Below the pieces are notes generated by a model. It did not search any database. It was not told the origin of the DNA and saw nothing but the letters and a program-made list of their open reading frames with translations. The position numbers and the translations under genes are program-made. A stretch of 64,000 nt of DNA from the NCBI RefSeq assembly GCF_000143415.4, contig NW_003314316.1, positions 1,262,666 to 1,326,665 of the forward strand, in the 5' to 3' direction. Of the stretch, positions 48,766 to 61,797 are shown piece by piece. Source of the DNA: Selaginella moellendorffii. Lineage: Eukaryota; Plantae; Lycopodiophyta. Numbering within the stretch: the first letter of the stretch is position 1; each line of letters begins with the position of its first letter.

Positions 48766-49857
48766 GTGGTGGGATTGGGTATCGGCACCCATGGCAGCCA
48801 CTGTTCCTACAAATCCGCCTCCAAATCCACCATCTCAAATCCGACTGTGTCTACAGCGGATATCATTTCAGTGGACGCAAATCCACCAAAATTTGATGGG
48901 AGGAACTGGCGCTTCTGGAAGACAAAATTCGAATCCTATATGGATGAACGAGGCCTCTGGGACATCACCACAGGAACTGAGACACTTCCAGATACAGCCA
49001 CAATGGATGAAACTGCCAAGTATCGCAAGAAGGACCGGAGAGCTTTGGGCAAATTCCACGCAGCGCTGGAGGGGCGAGAATTCCATTGCATTGGACGGTG
49101 CAAGAGTGCAAAGGAAGCGTGGGAGGCCATGAAGCAGACTTACCAGTTCCCTTCAACATCCCATCGCATTTTTCTACGGAAGCAGCTTCATGCACTGGTG
49201 ATGGCTGAAGGGGACGACCTCAAGGATCATCTTGCTGCTGTGCGAACAATCCTAGATGATCTTAAGGATGTGGGAGCAAACATAGAGGATGAAGAAGAAG
49301 CAGAGCTGGTGCTCGTCACACTTCCTCCATCCTTTGATCCTCTCATACGTAGCCTCACTACCACTGGAACTACTCTAACCCTGAATGGCGTGATCAGTAG
49401 CCTCCAGGACGATGATCTGAGACGAAGAGCAACAACAGGATCAGAGGCCGTTGCATTCTACTCTTCTCTCAGGAAAGAACCAGTGAACAAAGGGAAACAA
49501 GGAGCCTCTTCATCCAAGAAGCCCAAGTGTTCTCATTGCAACAAGAAAGGCCATGACGAAGCTCAATGCTGGGTGAAAAATCCATCTCTCAAGCCTGCAA
49601 GGAACAATGCAAAGAAAAAGGTCGTACATGCCTTCATCTTGTCACGAGCTATGGCTGTGGCAGCACTGTCTACAGAGTGCATCTACCTGGATTCTGCTGC
49701 TACAGACCATATGTTCAACAGTGATAAGTACTTTGAAGCCTATGTTCCTACAGCCACTGAGGAGTATGTCATAATTGGCAATGCCCAGCAGCTTGCTGTG
49801 AAAGGAATTGGAACCATCATTCACTTTACCACAAGGAATAGTCGTGAAGATTCATGA
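48766..49857 (+). CDS. Copia gag-protease region (DUF4219/UBN2-type gag, CCHC knuckle, aspartic protease)
   Basis: KFDGRNWRFWKTKFESYM, SAKEAWEAMKQTY, LVTLPPSFDPLI, CSHCNKKGHDEAQCW, YLDSAATDHM; frameshifted at the end. Confidence 0.85.
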   Translation: MVGLGIGTHGSHCSYKSASKSTISNPTVSTADIISVDANPPKFDGRNWRFWKTKFESYMDERGLWDITTGTETLPDTATMDETAKYRKKDRRALGKFHAALEGREFHCIGRCKSAKEAWEAMKQTYQFPSTSHRIFLRKQLHALVMAEGDDLKDHLAAVRTILDDLKDVGANIEDEEEAELVLVTLPPSFDPLIRSLTTTGTTLTLNGVISSLQDDDLRRRATTGSEAVAFYSSLRKEPVNKGKQGASSSKKPKCSHCNKKGHDEAQCWVKNPSLKPARNNAKKKVVHAFILSRAMAVAALSTECIYLDSAATDHMFNSDKYFEAYVPTATEEYVIIGNAQQLAVKGIGTIIHFTTRNSREDS

Positions 49858-50029
49858 GGTTCTTTATATTCCTGGTTTATGTGCTAATTTGTTCTCTATG
49901 GGCCAATTTGCTAAGGATGGGTATCAGTTTGCCATTACACCTTGCCAATTCCAGCTGATCTCGACCACAGGAGCTATCCTCACAGTGTCCTGGCCTGAAC
50001 GGCATGACCTCTACCACCTTACCATGCTG

Positions 50030-51690
50030 CCCGACACGAACCATGGGAATATTCTAAGAATATTCTATGGCATGTGGCCGTAATGCCTTAAGGGTTGGGA
50101 GGTTGGCCTAGGGTTTGTTCTCTTGTTCGTTTCATTGGTATTAGAGTAGTATGTTCTTTTGGGGATGGCAAGTGAGCAAAATATTGATCCTAATGAGGAG
50201 TATGGCGTTAATGATGATAGCTATGACGATGTGAAAGAAACTTTTGATGATGTCGTTATGTGGCAAGGACGCCAAATTTCTAAGGTTCAAAACGACATAA
50301 AGGAAGTTAAGGATTTCGTCAATCTTATTAAGGATTTTTTGCTTCTCATGGACCCTCAAGGGTTGAGTCAATCTCATGTCCGTGATTACCATTAGTATGT
50401 CAAGCATCTCAAGGATTATGGTATCATGGAATGAAAATCATCACCAAATGTTTGTGATAGTCAAGAGGTTGATTCTTGGTTGAAATTATGGGAAAGTTGT
50501 TAGTCTCACAATTCTTATGAGGATAAGGTGAAGATAAATTTCTTTGTGACGAAGCTTACGGGCCATGCTTCTTCGTGGTGGAAGAACTACATCAAAGCTA
50601 ATCCAAAGCTGACTTCTTAGACTAATTTGACGAAGGTTTTCCACACTTCATTTGTCAAAAAGTTTGAAGAGGTTGATCTTGTGAGCTAGCTGTTAGAGAT
50701 CCGGCAGGGGACTTTGTCTTTAGATGCGTATGCCCGCAAGTTTCGTGATCTTTGCCTTGGTCTTACGGGCACCTATAATGAGCTGCTAAAAGTGTAATGT
50801 TTCATCAAAGGATTGAGCTCAGTGGATATGCAGTAGAAGGTCAAAAAAGATTTTCCAGCAACATTGACTGATGCTATCACTAAGGCTCAAATCTTTTTGC
50901 CCAAACCGTCGGTCAACTAAGTCAACTCTGGTTAAAAGGATGGTCTCCGGGGTGGTCAACGTGATGACCAACCCATCAATACTTCATCTTCAGGGAAGAA
51001 ATAGCCATTGTTTCATTGTAGCTCGAAGAGTGGAGATGGTAATGAGGCAAAAAGACATTGGTTAGACCAACAAGAGAAGAACAAGGTGGAGGGCAATTGT
51101 TTTTGTTGTCACAAGGCTGGACATCATGGCAAGGATTGTCCTCTTGTGAAGGGATCAAAAAATGCTAAAGTGAATGTGGTGGAATCCATTGTGAATACAG
51201 CTCAGGCATTTGTTGTGGTGGCTCTTCCACAAAAATTCAAGAATCTAAATCTCGAGTTCATATCAACTCTGTTGAGATTAATGGTTCTATGCACAATCAA
51301 CTTGTGAAGGCCAAAGGGGACATTCAGGGTAATGCTGTTAGTATTCTTTTTGATCCAGGTGCTACACACAACTTTTTGAACTCCAAGGTGGTGAAGAAAC
51401 TTGGTTTGCCTGTGGAAAAGAGTTCAATCATCTACGAGATGGTTATGGCAGATGGATATAGCACTCATGTTTACGGTGAATGGGCTCCAAGTGTTCCTTT
51501 GACGGTTCAGGGGATTCTCGACCATTTTAACATTTGAAGCAGTGTTGTATCTCTGCTCCAATATTGAAGATTTTTGATCTTGAAAAGCCTTTTGTGGTCG
51601 AGACAGATGCAAGTGACATTGCTATTGGAGCCGTATTGCTTCAAGTTGGGCATCCTCTTGTATATATGAGCCATAAGTTTGATGCCACAC
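50030..51690 (+). mobile_element. Degenerate, internally deleted Ty3/Gypsy fragment replacing the Copia integrase region
   Basis: PBS-like tggtattagag at about 50136, gag (KLTGHASSWWKNY), CFCCHKAGHHGKDC, protease ILFDPGATHNF joined directly to RNase H PFVVETDASDIAIGAVLLQ. Boundaries approximate. Confidence 0.7.
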
Positions 51691-51779
51691 AGCGGAAAGG
51701 CTCTCTATGCATGCACCATGGAGGGCTGGGTCATTCCGCTGTTCAGCTCGAGACATGGTCTCATCTTGTGCAGCTGGGA

Positions 51780-52622
51780 CTCCGAGGACCTATGGAGAAG
51801 CCATGGCCTCACAGGAAGCGTATTACTGGCGTGTAGCAATGGAAGCCGAGATTGCTTCATAGCAAAAGAACAAGACACATGTTCTTGTTCCAACTGTGCC
51901 TTCCAATCGCCAGGTTATCAAGAGCATGTGGGTGTATGCTCTGAAGATTAATCCTGATGGCTCAGTTCGCTACAAGGTGCAATTGGTGGCGAAAGGATGC
52001 TTGCAAGTTCCTGGACTTGACTACAATGACACCTTCGCTCCCGTGATGGATGTGACCACGGCGTTTCTTTATGGTGCGCTTGAAGAAGAAATCTATATGG
52101 CACAGCCAGAAGGATTTCTAGCCGCTGGAAAAGAGGATCATCTCTGGCTTCTCAAGAAAGCTGTCTACAGCTTGAAACAAGCACCCAGATCTTGGTACAA
52201 ATGCTTTGACGATTTTATACTAAGTGTGGACTTTTCCCGTAGCATGGCAGACCCAAATCTTTATATTCAGGTGGACGGTGAATCATTTGTGATCATCGCT
52301 CTTTATGTTGATGATACTCTTGTCATCCATAATCACCGCTTAATTTTTCTCCAGGTTAAGTGAGATCTTTGCAGCCAATTCGAGATGAAAACTCTTGGCT
52401 CAACTTCCTACTTTCTTGGCATGGAACTTGTGTGTGATCACTCTCAACACACTATCTATCTTCACCAAGCCAAGTATATAGAAGAGATGCTAGCCAGGTT
52501 TTCTATGACGAGCTCTAATCCAGTGGCGACACCAATGGAACCAGGCTGCTAGCTTTCACGAGCCATGTCTCCTAAGACAGAGGACAACAAGAGAGCCATG
52601 GACTCCATCCCTTACAGACAAG
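51780..52622 (+). pseudogene. Copia reverse transcriptase (RVT_2), interrupted at PYRQ|AVGSLMY by the chromovirus
   Basis: WVYALKINPDGSVRYKVQLVAKG, MDVTTAFLYGALEEEIYM, LKQAPRSWY, LYVDDTL. Confidence 0.85.
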
Positions 52623-53434
52623 TGTAAATCACAAATTTTTCCTTTCCAATTTGCCAACTTACCTCGTCTATTTGACCAACATTGCCTTGGCTTTTACCTA
52701 AGTTCCCTCACCAAGGTTCCCGCCTATTGTACCAGCTACTACTTGGTCCTACTTGGTTTCAGCTACTCACTGCATGAGCAATGAAGCGTTAGCCATCCAT
52801 CCAATGATTCCCAAATCTTTCCCAATCCCCCTCCCCAGGTTAGATTGGATTTAAGGTTTGGCTACACTCCCCGTAGGCACAAGCAGCCAAGCACACCAAG
52901 TCTCTAGGTTCTTAACATCCCTTGGTGCAACAAGACTTGGTCATAGGACCCTCTAAATCCCAAGCCTTGGGTGCAACATTTGCTTCGGGACGCCAGGGCA
53001 AAACACCGTGGCCTAACGGCCCGTTATGGGTACCTCTAGTCCCCCCCCCCTCACTTCCATCTCGAAAGGAAGGCCCAAGCCCTTAGAAAGGGCTAGGACC
53101 AATGAACCACAAGGTACTCAAGTGGGGCACGGCACCACTCCACATGAGCCAAGAGCACTGCAGTCAGTTTCCCTTCCGGGAGTGGGAGTACTCTTGAGCA
53201 CTTCCTTGGGTGGCCCTCCGGCACCACTGAGTCCATGCTCACTCCCACCCAAGGCCCCTCGGTCCCAGTCTCAACTCAAGTTAGTTTGGAGGTACCACTG
53301 GAAAGTTCCTTCAAGACTGGTTCCTAGACCTCACTATCCCTACTATACTTTTGGAACCCCTTGCACAGCCCCCCCCCCCCCCCCCCCCTGGGAGACACAC
53401 GCTTTGGGCTTTCACCCCTCGACTTGTATTAATA

Positions 53435-53685
53435 CTCGGACTTGGTCTCGGACTCGATCTCGGACCCGACTTAGGACTCGATCTCGGACTAGATCTCGGA
53501 CTTGACCTCGAACCCGATTTCAGACTCGACCTCGGACTCGACCTCGGTCTCAGACCTGATCTCGGATATCGAACTTTGTCTCGAACTCGGTCTCAAACTT
53601 GGTCTCAGAGTCGGCCTTGGACTCGATCCCGGACTCTATCTCGAACTCGGTCTTAGAGTCGGTTTTAGACTCGATCTCAGACTTG
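53435..53685. repeat. Degenerate 12-bp tandem array (GACTCGATCTCG-like) in chromovirus LTR
   Basis: Repeating ggactcgatctc/gaactcggtctc units. Confidence 0.8.
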
Positions 53686-56600
53686 GTCCCATCCAATCAA
53701 CTCTCTATCATTTCAGTCATGCTTTCAATGATCCTTTAGCCTACGACACCTTGGGGAGTTGGTTCCTTACAACTCCACCACCTATAGAAGAAGTTCGATG
53801 CCAACATTGAACATATCTTTTTAATCCTATGACTTGTTGACCACGTCTTCGGGGGCATCCCCCCACTTAGCGGTGTGTTTAAGTTAGCCTCCCCGGTCAA
53901 GAGCCCATGACAACGGAATATAGGTGTCCCTATACCCCTTACTTCACCACGCCCTAGTATGGGGTCGGGACTTGAACATAGCCTTACTTTACTAGAGGTT
54001 TGGGACTCAAACCCAACCTCCGTAGAATACGTCTACGGATTCGACATCCCCGTGGGGAGTTGGGCGTAATTCCCTACGCCTGGTTGACCTAGCTAACCCA
54101 TGCTAATTAGCTACCTTCGGCGCGCCTTCAAGTCCCAACATATGCCATTGCTCAACTTCACAAGTTGATACTTTTAATTGAACTTTGCATAACTATAGAG
54201 AGTTCTGCCATGCAGAAATTCCTCCACTAGATCTCGCGCGTTCGCTAGGTTCTCCTCCGGTTCCCATGTTACTTTGCAGTGTGGAAAACCTTTCCACTTC
54301 ACATGGAACTCTTTCACCTCGTGTGCTTGTCGCTTGCTCTTGCATGCATTGAGGATGGCCTCGACTTCATATTCCTCTTCCCCTTGGATAACCTCAGGTA
54401 AAGGTTTCACTTGGTCCTTGCGAAGTGGATCCTCAAAGTACGGTTTGAGTAGGTTCACATGGAACACGGGTGCATCTTCCCCATCTCTCGAGGAAGTCGG
54501 AGGCAGTAAGCCACTTTACCGATTTGTGCCTCAATCTCGTAAGGCCCTGCGAACTTGTTTAATAAACTCAAGATCAGTTCATTTCCAGGAATAGATGCAT
54601 TTTTACCTTTGGGTCAACTTCCAGCTGATCCCACTTGGTAGCCTTAGGTTCTTGGTGTTCAGCCACACCTTCTCCCCAGGTTGGAACTCTATGTCCCGGC
54701 GCTTCTGATTCGCATATTTGGTTTGCCTTTGTTGAGCCCGCTCCAAGGAATCCTTCACTAGATTCCAAATGTTGAGCCTTTCCACCATGAATGCCTCCAT
54801 TGCAGGTAACTCTCCATGATATTTGGCCACGCTGCGTTCCACAAGACCTTCAATAGCTCGCCCATTGATGACTTCCCATGACTCACCCCGATACTCGAGT
54901 GTGGTGAGTTGTTATAACACATTTCCGCAAGTCTTAAATGACTTACCTAATCGGTCTAGTCTCCCGAGACATAACATCGCAAATAATCCTCTAGCTGCCT
55001 ATTCACCCTTTTCATTTGTCCATCTGTCAAGAAGTGTTAGTGCTACCAAACTTGACTTAATACTCAATACCTATCTGTGGGTGATAGGTTGTGTTGAATT
55101 TCAACTTGGTGTGATACTATTCCAGGAGAGTTCTCTAGAACCTACTGGTGAATATCTTATCTCAATCTAAGATGATCTCTTCTGGCCTTCCCTGCACTCA
55201 AACCACTTGTTCGAAGAATAGCTTCACCATACCTTCCGCATCCACTTCCGTTGTGGTGGGTATGAAATATGCCATCTTCGAAAATCAGTCCACCACCACA
55301 AATATCGCATCGAACCCCTCACTTGGGGGGAGTCCCATGATGAAGTCCATCGTAAGACATTTCCACTGGCAATCTGGAATTGGGATACTTTGTAATAAGC
55401 CCCCACTAGCCTTAGTCACGGCTTTGACCTACTGACATGTTGGACATGTCTTTACATAGTCTTGGATGTCCTTAGCCATATCTGGCCAGTGATACTTCCT
55501 CTTGAGTAAGCCCATCGTCTTGGGCACTCCGCCATGTCCCGCAAGAGGTCTGTCATGACACTCTTTTAAAGCTATCTTCCTTAATTCCCCTTCTGGAACA
55601 TACACCCTTGTTTCTTTATAATATATAAGTCCATTGCATTCCGCATAACTTGTTATTTCTTCCATTGGCAACTCACCTCTCTAGTGAGCTTCTCACGCCT
55701 CAGCAACACTTCTTGTGTTAGACCATCGCTCTTATACGTTGTCCGCACATTATCCCAAAAGGTTTTTGTTGTGCTAGATATTATTAACTTCAAGCTTGCT
55801 TTTCAACTTAGAGCATCTACCACAATGTTGCTCTTCCCAGGTTTATACAAAATCTCGCAATCAAACTCAGCCAAAGCGTTAGCCCACTGACCTTGTTTCC
55901 CTTTTAGGTCAGGTTGTGACAAGAAATGTTTCGTTGCCACATTATCCATGTAAACTTTGAAGTGCCTCCCAAGGTAGTGTCGCCACTCCTTGAGTGCGTT
56001 GACCACCGCAAATAATTCCTTCTTATGGGCAAGCCACTTTCACTGAGCCTTGTCCAACTTCTTCGAGAAAAACGCCATTGGATAGTTGTCTTGCTTCAAA
56101 ATTGCGCCTAACACAAAGTCCGAAGCATCTGTTTCTACCTCAAAGTCCTTACCAAAGTCAGGTAACGCCAACACGAAGGTCTTCCTTAACTTCCCTTTGA
56201 GGTGGACAAATGCCGCCTCGCATTCCATTGTCTATACCATCTTCCTTTTACCTGTTTGGTCCGTTAAGGGCAGGGCTACTCTCGAATAATGTTTGATAAA
56301 CTTTCGATAGTAGTTGCATAGCCCCAAGAATGCCCTCAGCTTATGTACATTCAATGGTCACTCCCATTCCTGGATCACTTAGACCTTCTCAGGGTCCACC
56401 TTGAGCCCGTCCTTGCCCACCGTGTGCCCGAGAAACTTTACCTTTTGTTGAGCAAAGTCACATTTGCTCTCTTTAGCATATAGCTTGTGTTCCCTTAGTT
56501 TCTCAAACACCTTCGTCAAGTGTTCGGCATGCTCCTCTAGCGTCTCGCTATATATCAGGATGTCGTCAATATAAACGACCACGAAGTGATCCAGATAGGG

Positions 56601-59600
56601 TACAAAATGTGGTTCATCAGCGCCAAAAATGTTGCCAGCGCATTGCACAACCCAAAGGGCATCACTAGAAACTCGAAGCTCCCATACCTTGTTTGACAGG
56701 TTGTCTTTTCGACATCTTCCTCTACTACCTTGATCTAATAGTATCCTAACTTTAGGTCAATCCTCAAAAAGTATTTTGCCTTTCCCAATCTATCGAACAA
56801 GTCCTCAATCCTTGGCAAAGAGTACTTGTTTTTCTTTGTATACATGTTGAGCAACCGGTAGTTTGTGCACATATGCATAGATCCATTTTTCTTTTTCACA
56901 AATAACACTGGTGCCCCATACAACGACTTGCTCAACTTAACATACCCTTTGTCCACCAACTCTTTTAGTTGGCGTTTGAGCCCCTTGAGTTCCTTTTTGT
57001 TCAAATGATAGGGGGGACGAACCACCACCTTAGCACCTCAACCAACTCAATCTTGTGTTCTATCGGTCGTGCGGGGGGCAACCCCACTAGAAGCTCCTCT
57101 GGCATAGTATCCTAGAATTAGTCCAACACCCACTGGATCACTAAAGGTATTTCTTCCATTCCCGTCTTTTTGTCACTCTTCACCGAGAGTAAGCATAAAA
57201 ATCCTGCCTTGGTTCCTTTAGTGAGTTGTCCTCTCATGGACACCATGTTTAAGCAGGAGTCTTTGGCTTTACATTGCCCTACTTTTAGATCCTAGGCCTC
57301 CACCTTGGATCGTTCTCCCCGAGCATTCGCCAGTACCACAAAGTTCCACCCTTGTCCATGTAGGGCTACTACAAACCGATTAAACCAATCCATCCCGAAA
57401 ATTATGTCAAATCTTGCCATGTCTAACACGATTAAATCCATGTCTACTTTTCATATCCTTACTTCGACTCTCGCTTGTCTAAGTATCTCATCGGTGCTTT
57501 AGCTACCTTGAATAAACTCTATCATCCTTGGTTCACCCAGCCGTTGCACTATTAGTCTGGCTTGCCGGACTATGTCTGCAGCCACAAAATTATCCGAAGC
57601 ACCCGTGACAATAAGGATCTTAATAAAGTTACCTTCGAGCTTCCCTCGGAGGGTTAGTAGATGTCGCGAACAACTCTCTACCAAAGTTGCTCATGTAATG
57701 AAGAACTTTGAGCTAGGGACTGGATCATATACCTCAATTTAAATTTCACCCGACTTAATGGCCATATTGGCTCTGGCCTTCTTCGGGTAAGGACATTCCC
57801 TCAAAAAGTGTCCCACTTCACTACAATTGTAGCATATGTTATTTCCCATGCTGCTAACAAACTTGACCTTCTTATCCATGGGTTTATCTCTTTTTGCTTG
57901 ACTCTCCCACGTACTTGCTCGCTGGCCACTAGATTTACCTTTCCGGAACCCCGAGGACTCATTCTTAGAGAAACTCTTCTTGAATTTCCCTTTGCTATAT
58001 GTTCCCCTTGGTTTAACCCCTTTGCTAAACGTGAACCTCGACCCCATCGTGTTCCCTTTTCACAGGTTATCATTGAAATGCACCTTGATAGCCGTATCCA
58101 ACGCTTCCTTGTAGTTGGTCGAGTTCCAATGCATCACCTCGCCGCAAGCCCAAGTTTGCAAGCTTGATATGAAGGCATGGAATGCATCCATATCACCCAT
58201 ATCTGTAACAAGTATCCTCTTTGCCATAAACCCATTCATATACTCTTGAATGGTTTTAGTCTGCTTCAGCTTACTCAGCTCACCCCTTAGGTGTGGAGTA
58301 GCATTCAGGGGAACATAAGTCGCATGAATCCTTGCCTTCATCATTTCCCAAGTGGCCACTGATCCTTCATTAGCCTCTATCGTTCTCCACCAAGACTTAG
58401 CATTATCTGCCAAGTATGGTTTTGCATATGGGACCTTCTCTGAGCTCGGTAACTGCAACGCTCAGAAGTAGTCTTCCATATCGTAAAACCAATCCTCCAC
58501 CACCTTATAGTCATTCACTCCCTTGAAGACCGGTAGGGGCTTTGGTTTGTACTTGGGAACTGCTTGAGGGACTGATTCCACTTCGGTCTGTTTGACCTTG
58601 TTTGGTTTTGCCTCAGTCCCTGCCGAAGGGTCTGCAACTTCTGCACTGCCAGCATCTGCAATCTTTCGCCTTTTCTTCCGCTTCTCGTCACGCTTTAGCT
58701 TGCGTATGAGAGTCTCTAGCAGGGCATTGGTATGTGCCAATTGTCCTTCTAGAACATCCAATCGAGCCTTGGATGACTGAACCTCACCACCACACTCCTA
58801 TTTGGAAGTTTCCTCACTAGAGTCCTCCTCATGCAAGGATTCCTCATCCATATCCTCTTGTTCAACCAAAAGCTCTAGCTCTTGAGGAGGTTCCATCTTC
58901 GCCTTAGTTCGTTTCTGCCCTAACTTTGCTATCTCTCAGCAATCCACCTCTATCCTTCGCTAGAACTGAGGAAAAGGCTCCAATACCAAATTGTAAGCCA
59001 CAAATTTTTTCTTTCCAATTTGCCAGCTTACTTTGTCTATCTGACCAACACTGCCTTGGCTTTTACCTAAGTTCCCTTGCCAAGATTCCCGCTTATTGTA
59101 CCAGCTCCTACTTGGTCCTACTTGGTTTCAGCTACTCACTGCACGAGCAACAGAGTGTTAGCCATCCATCCACAAATCCCAAATCTCTCCCAATCCCCCT
59201 CCTTGGGTTAGACTGGATTTAAGGTTTGGCTACACTCCCCGCAGGCACAAGCAGCCAAGCACACCAAGCATCCAGGTTCCTAACATCCCTTGGTGCAACA
59301 AGACTTGATCATGGGACCCTCTAAATCCCAAGACTTATGTGCAACACTTGCTTCAGGATGCCAAGGCGAAACACCATGGCCTAACGGCCTAGTATGGGTA
59401 CCTCAACCCCCCCCCCACACACACACTTCCATCCCGAAGGGAAGGCCCAAGCCCCTAGGAAGGGCGAGGACCAATGAACCACAAAGTACTCAAGTGGGGC
59501 ACCACTCCACATGAGCCGGGAGCACCGCAGTCAGTTTCCCTTCCGGGAGTGGGAGTTGCTCTTGAGCACTTCCTTGAGTGGCCCCTCCGGCACCACCTGA

Positions 59601-59794
59601 GTCCATGCTCACTCCCACCCAAGGCCCCTCGGTCCCAATCTCAACCTCAAGTCAGTTTGGAAGTACCACTGGAAAGTTCCTTCAAGACTGGTTCCTGGAC
59701 CTCACTATCCCTACTATACTTTTGGAACCCCCTGTATCCCCCCTCCCCCCTGGGAGACACATGCTTTGGGCTTTCACCCCTCGACCTGTATTAA

Positions 59795-60065
59795 TACTCA
59801 GACTCGGTCTTGGACTCGATATCGGACTCAATCTCAGACCCGACTTTGGACTCGGTCTCAGACTCGATCTCAGACTCGACCTCAAACCCGATCTCGGACT
59901 CGACCTCGAACTCAGTCTCAAACCCAATCTCGGATTGCTGACTCTGTCTCGAACTCGGTCTCGAACTCGGTCTCGAACTCGGTCTCGGAGTCGGCCTCGG
60001 ACTCGATCCCGGACTCTATCTCGAACTCAGTCTCAGAGTCAGTCTTGGACTCGATCTCAGACTTA
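59795..60065. repeat. Degenerate 12-bp tandem array in the other chromovirus LTR
   Basis: Repeating gaactcggtctc/agactcgatctc units. Confidence 0.8.
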
Positions 60066-60151
60066 ATCCCATCCGATAAACTCTTTATCATTTCAGTCGT
60101 GCTTTCGGGGATCCTATAACCTACGACACCTTGGGGAGTTGGTTCCCTACA

Positions 60152-60763
60152 ACAAGCTGTTGGCAGTCTCATGTATCCACGCACCCAGATATTTCTTTTG
60201 CCGTGAGCAAAGTTAGCCAATTCCTGGCTAATCCTAGATCTCAACATTGGGCAGCAGTGAAACGCATCTTCAGGTACCTTCGAGGTACTACTTACCTTGG
60301 ATTGTGCTACCAGGGAAAAGAGCTTACCCTCACGGGCTACTGTGATGCTGATTTTGGGGGAGACTGTGACACACGCAAGTCCACCTCTGGCTATTCGTTT
60401 TCCCTGGGCAATGTGACAGTCTTGTGGTGCAGCAGGAAGCAAAGTACAGTGGCAACCTCTAGTACTGAAGCAGAATATTTGGCAGCCTCACAAGCTACCA
60501 AAGAAGGTGTGTGGTTATGCTCACTACTTTCTAACCTTGGTGTGAGTGTGAAGACTCCCACTCGCCTCTTCTGTGACAATCAAAGCTGCATTGCGTTAGT
60601 GGCCAATCCTCACTTTCATTCACGCACCAAACACTTTGGGATTCATCATCATTTTGTTCTTGAGAAAGTGGAAGATGGCACAATTGAGCACTGCGACACG
60701 ACCACTCAGGTTGCAGATATCTTCACAAAAGCAGATTTCAAGTCCATCATGAAGGGCTACTGA
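60152..60763 (+). pseudogene. Copia RT C-terminus / RNase H
   Basis: AVGSLMY, HWAAVKRIFRYLRGT, GYCDADFGGD, STEAEY, CDNQSCI, RTKHFGIHHHF, ADIFTK. Confidence 0.88.
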
Positions 60764-61553
60764 TGAGCATCACTCGTGATGGCCACAGTGCCAGTGGGAG
60801 TGTTGAGAGTGGCCCTGTGCCACGTGGCTAGTCCACGTGGAGAGACACGAGTCTTCACTGGTTCACCATGTCACACATATGTACATTTTTCATTCCATAT
60901 ATGCTATGACGGATCTTGAGCACCATCACTCAGTTTCACCTTTCTTTAGATCTTCTTGGCGTAGACCTCGTGGATGTAGAGGCGCAACGAGCGATCTCCA
61001 CTTCAACAACCCTATCGAAATATCGATTGCAGAACAGAATCGAACTAGAACAAGAACAGCATGATCCATTTCTAGTCTCTCAATTTTGAAACCAATGCCA
61101 AGATTCTGGAATGCCCCAGGCACTATTAGGTTTTTATTGACAAAATAAAAAAAGGAAGAGACATAACTAACAGCCATGGTGATAGAGCTTGTTAGAGAAG
61201 CACTCTATAAATCCAATAATTTAATCACTTATAGTTACTAACTAACCTTTATTGAGCCAGAATTTACCAATCCTTCCATTATGTAAATTAGTTATTTTAT
61301 ATGAAACAACTAATTATCCACCTGTATTGCATGTGGATCGATCTTTTGTCCATAAATTCTTTATAAAAGGAAGAACATAAATATGGATGCCTAATATCTA
61401 CAATCTCAAATTTAAAGGTAAAAATATACCTTGCTCAAGAGTATGTTATATTCTAAGTAGTAATCAAATTTGTGACCATCTTCTCCCACTATTGTCTTGA
61501 AACATATATGAATTTTCTTGTCTAATTAAAGTATGATTCCTAGAAAAACAAAA

Positions 61554-61791
61554 TGCCTTAGGACCTAGAATTATTCAAAAAGAAAAGTCCAGACAAAAAA
61601 AAATGCCTTAGACTTAGAATTATTCAAAAAGAAAAGTCCAGACAAAAAAAAATGCCTTAGGACTTAGAATTATTCAAAAAGAAAAGTCCAGACAAAAAAA
61701 AATGCCTTAGGACTTAGAATTATTCAAAAAGAAAAGTCCAGACAAAAAGAAAACTGCCTTAGGACTTGGAATTAATCAAAAAGAAAAGTCC
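61554..61791. repeat. About 50-bp tandem repeat (about 4.7 copies) amplified from the kinase-gene leader
   Basis: Unit tgccttaggacttagaattattcaaaaagaaaagtccagacaaaaaaaaa starting at 61554, 61604, 61653, 61703, 61755; single copy at about 26160-26212. Confidence 0.9.
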
Positions 61792-61797
61792 ACTGTA

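Larger units (their letters stand above)
52623..60151 (-). mobile_element. Ty3/Gypsy chromovirus (chromodomain integrase), nested in Copia RT
   Basis: About 1.15-kb LTRs 52623-53771 and 58992-60151 (TG...CA), TSD ACAAG, PBS at about 58977-58988. Decayed gag, CCHC, protease, RT (VYIDDILIY), RNase H, integrase, and chromodomain EEYEVEAIL...FHVKWKGFP...TWEPEENL (54174-54467). Confidence 0.95.
48503..60950 (+). mobile_element. Ty1/Copia LTR retrotransposon with TG...GA LTR termini, carrying nested insertions
   Basis: 5' LTR remnant about 48503-48587, then PBS tggtatcggagc. 3' LTR 60801-60950 after PPT agtgggag. Gag/protease, RT (51780-52622) and RNase H (60152-60763). Flanks rejoin to the empty site at about 29190-29215. 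Confidence 0.88.

Noticed and set aside
53026-60119. Arg/Ser- and Leu/Asp/Gly-repeat ORFs (TRSRTRSR, LGLDLGLD) at 53026-53810 and 59474-60119
   Set aside because: Translation artefacts of the 12-bp tandem array inside the two chromovirus LTRs
61554-61791. Regularly spaced repeats resembling a CRISPR array
   Set aside because: Units are contiguous tandem copies without unique spacers, derive from the kinase gene leader, and there are no cas genes; eukaryotic context
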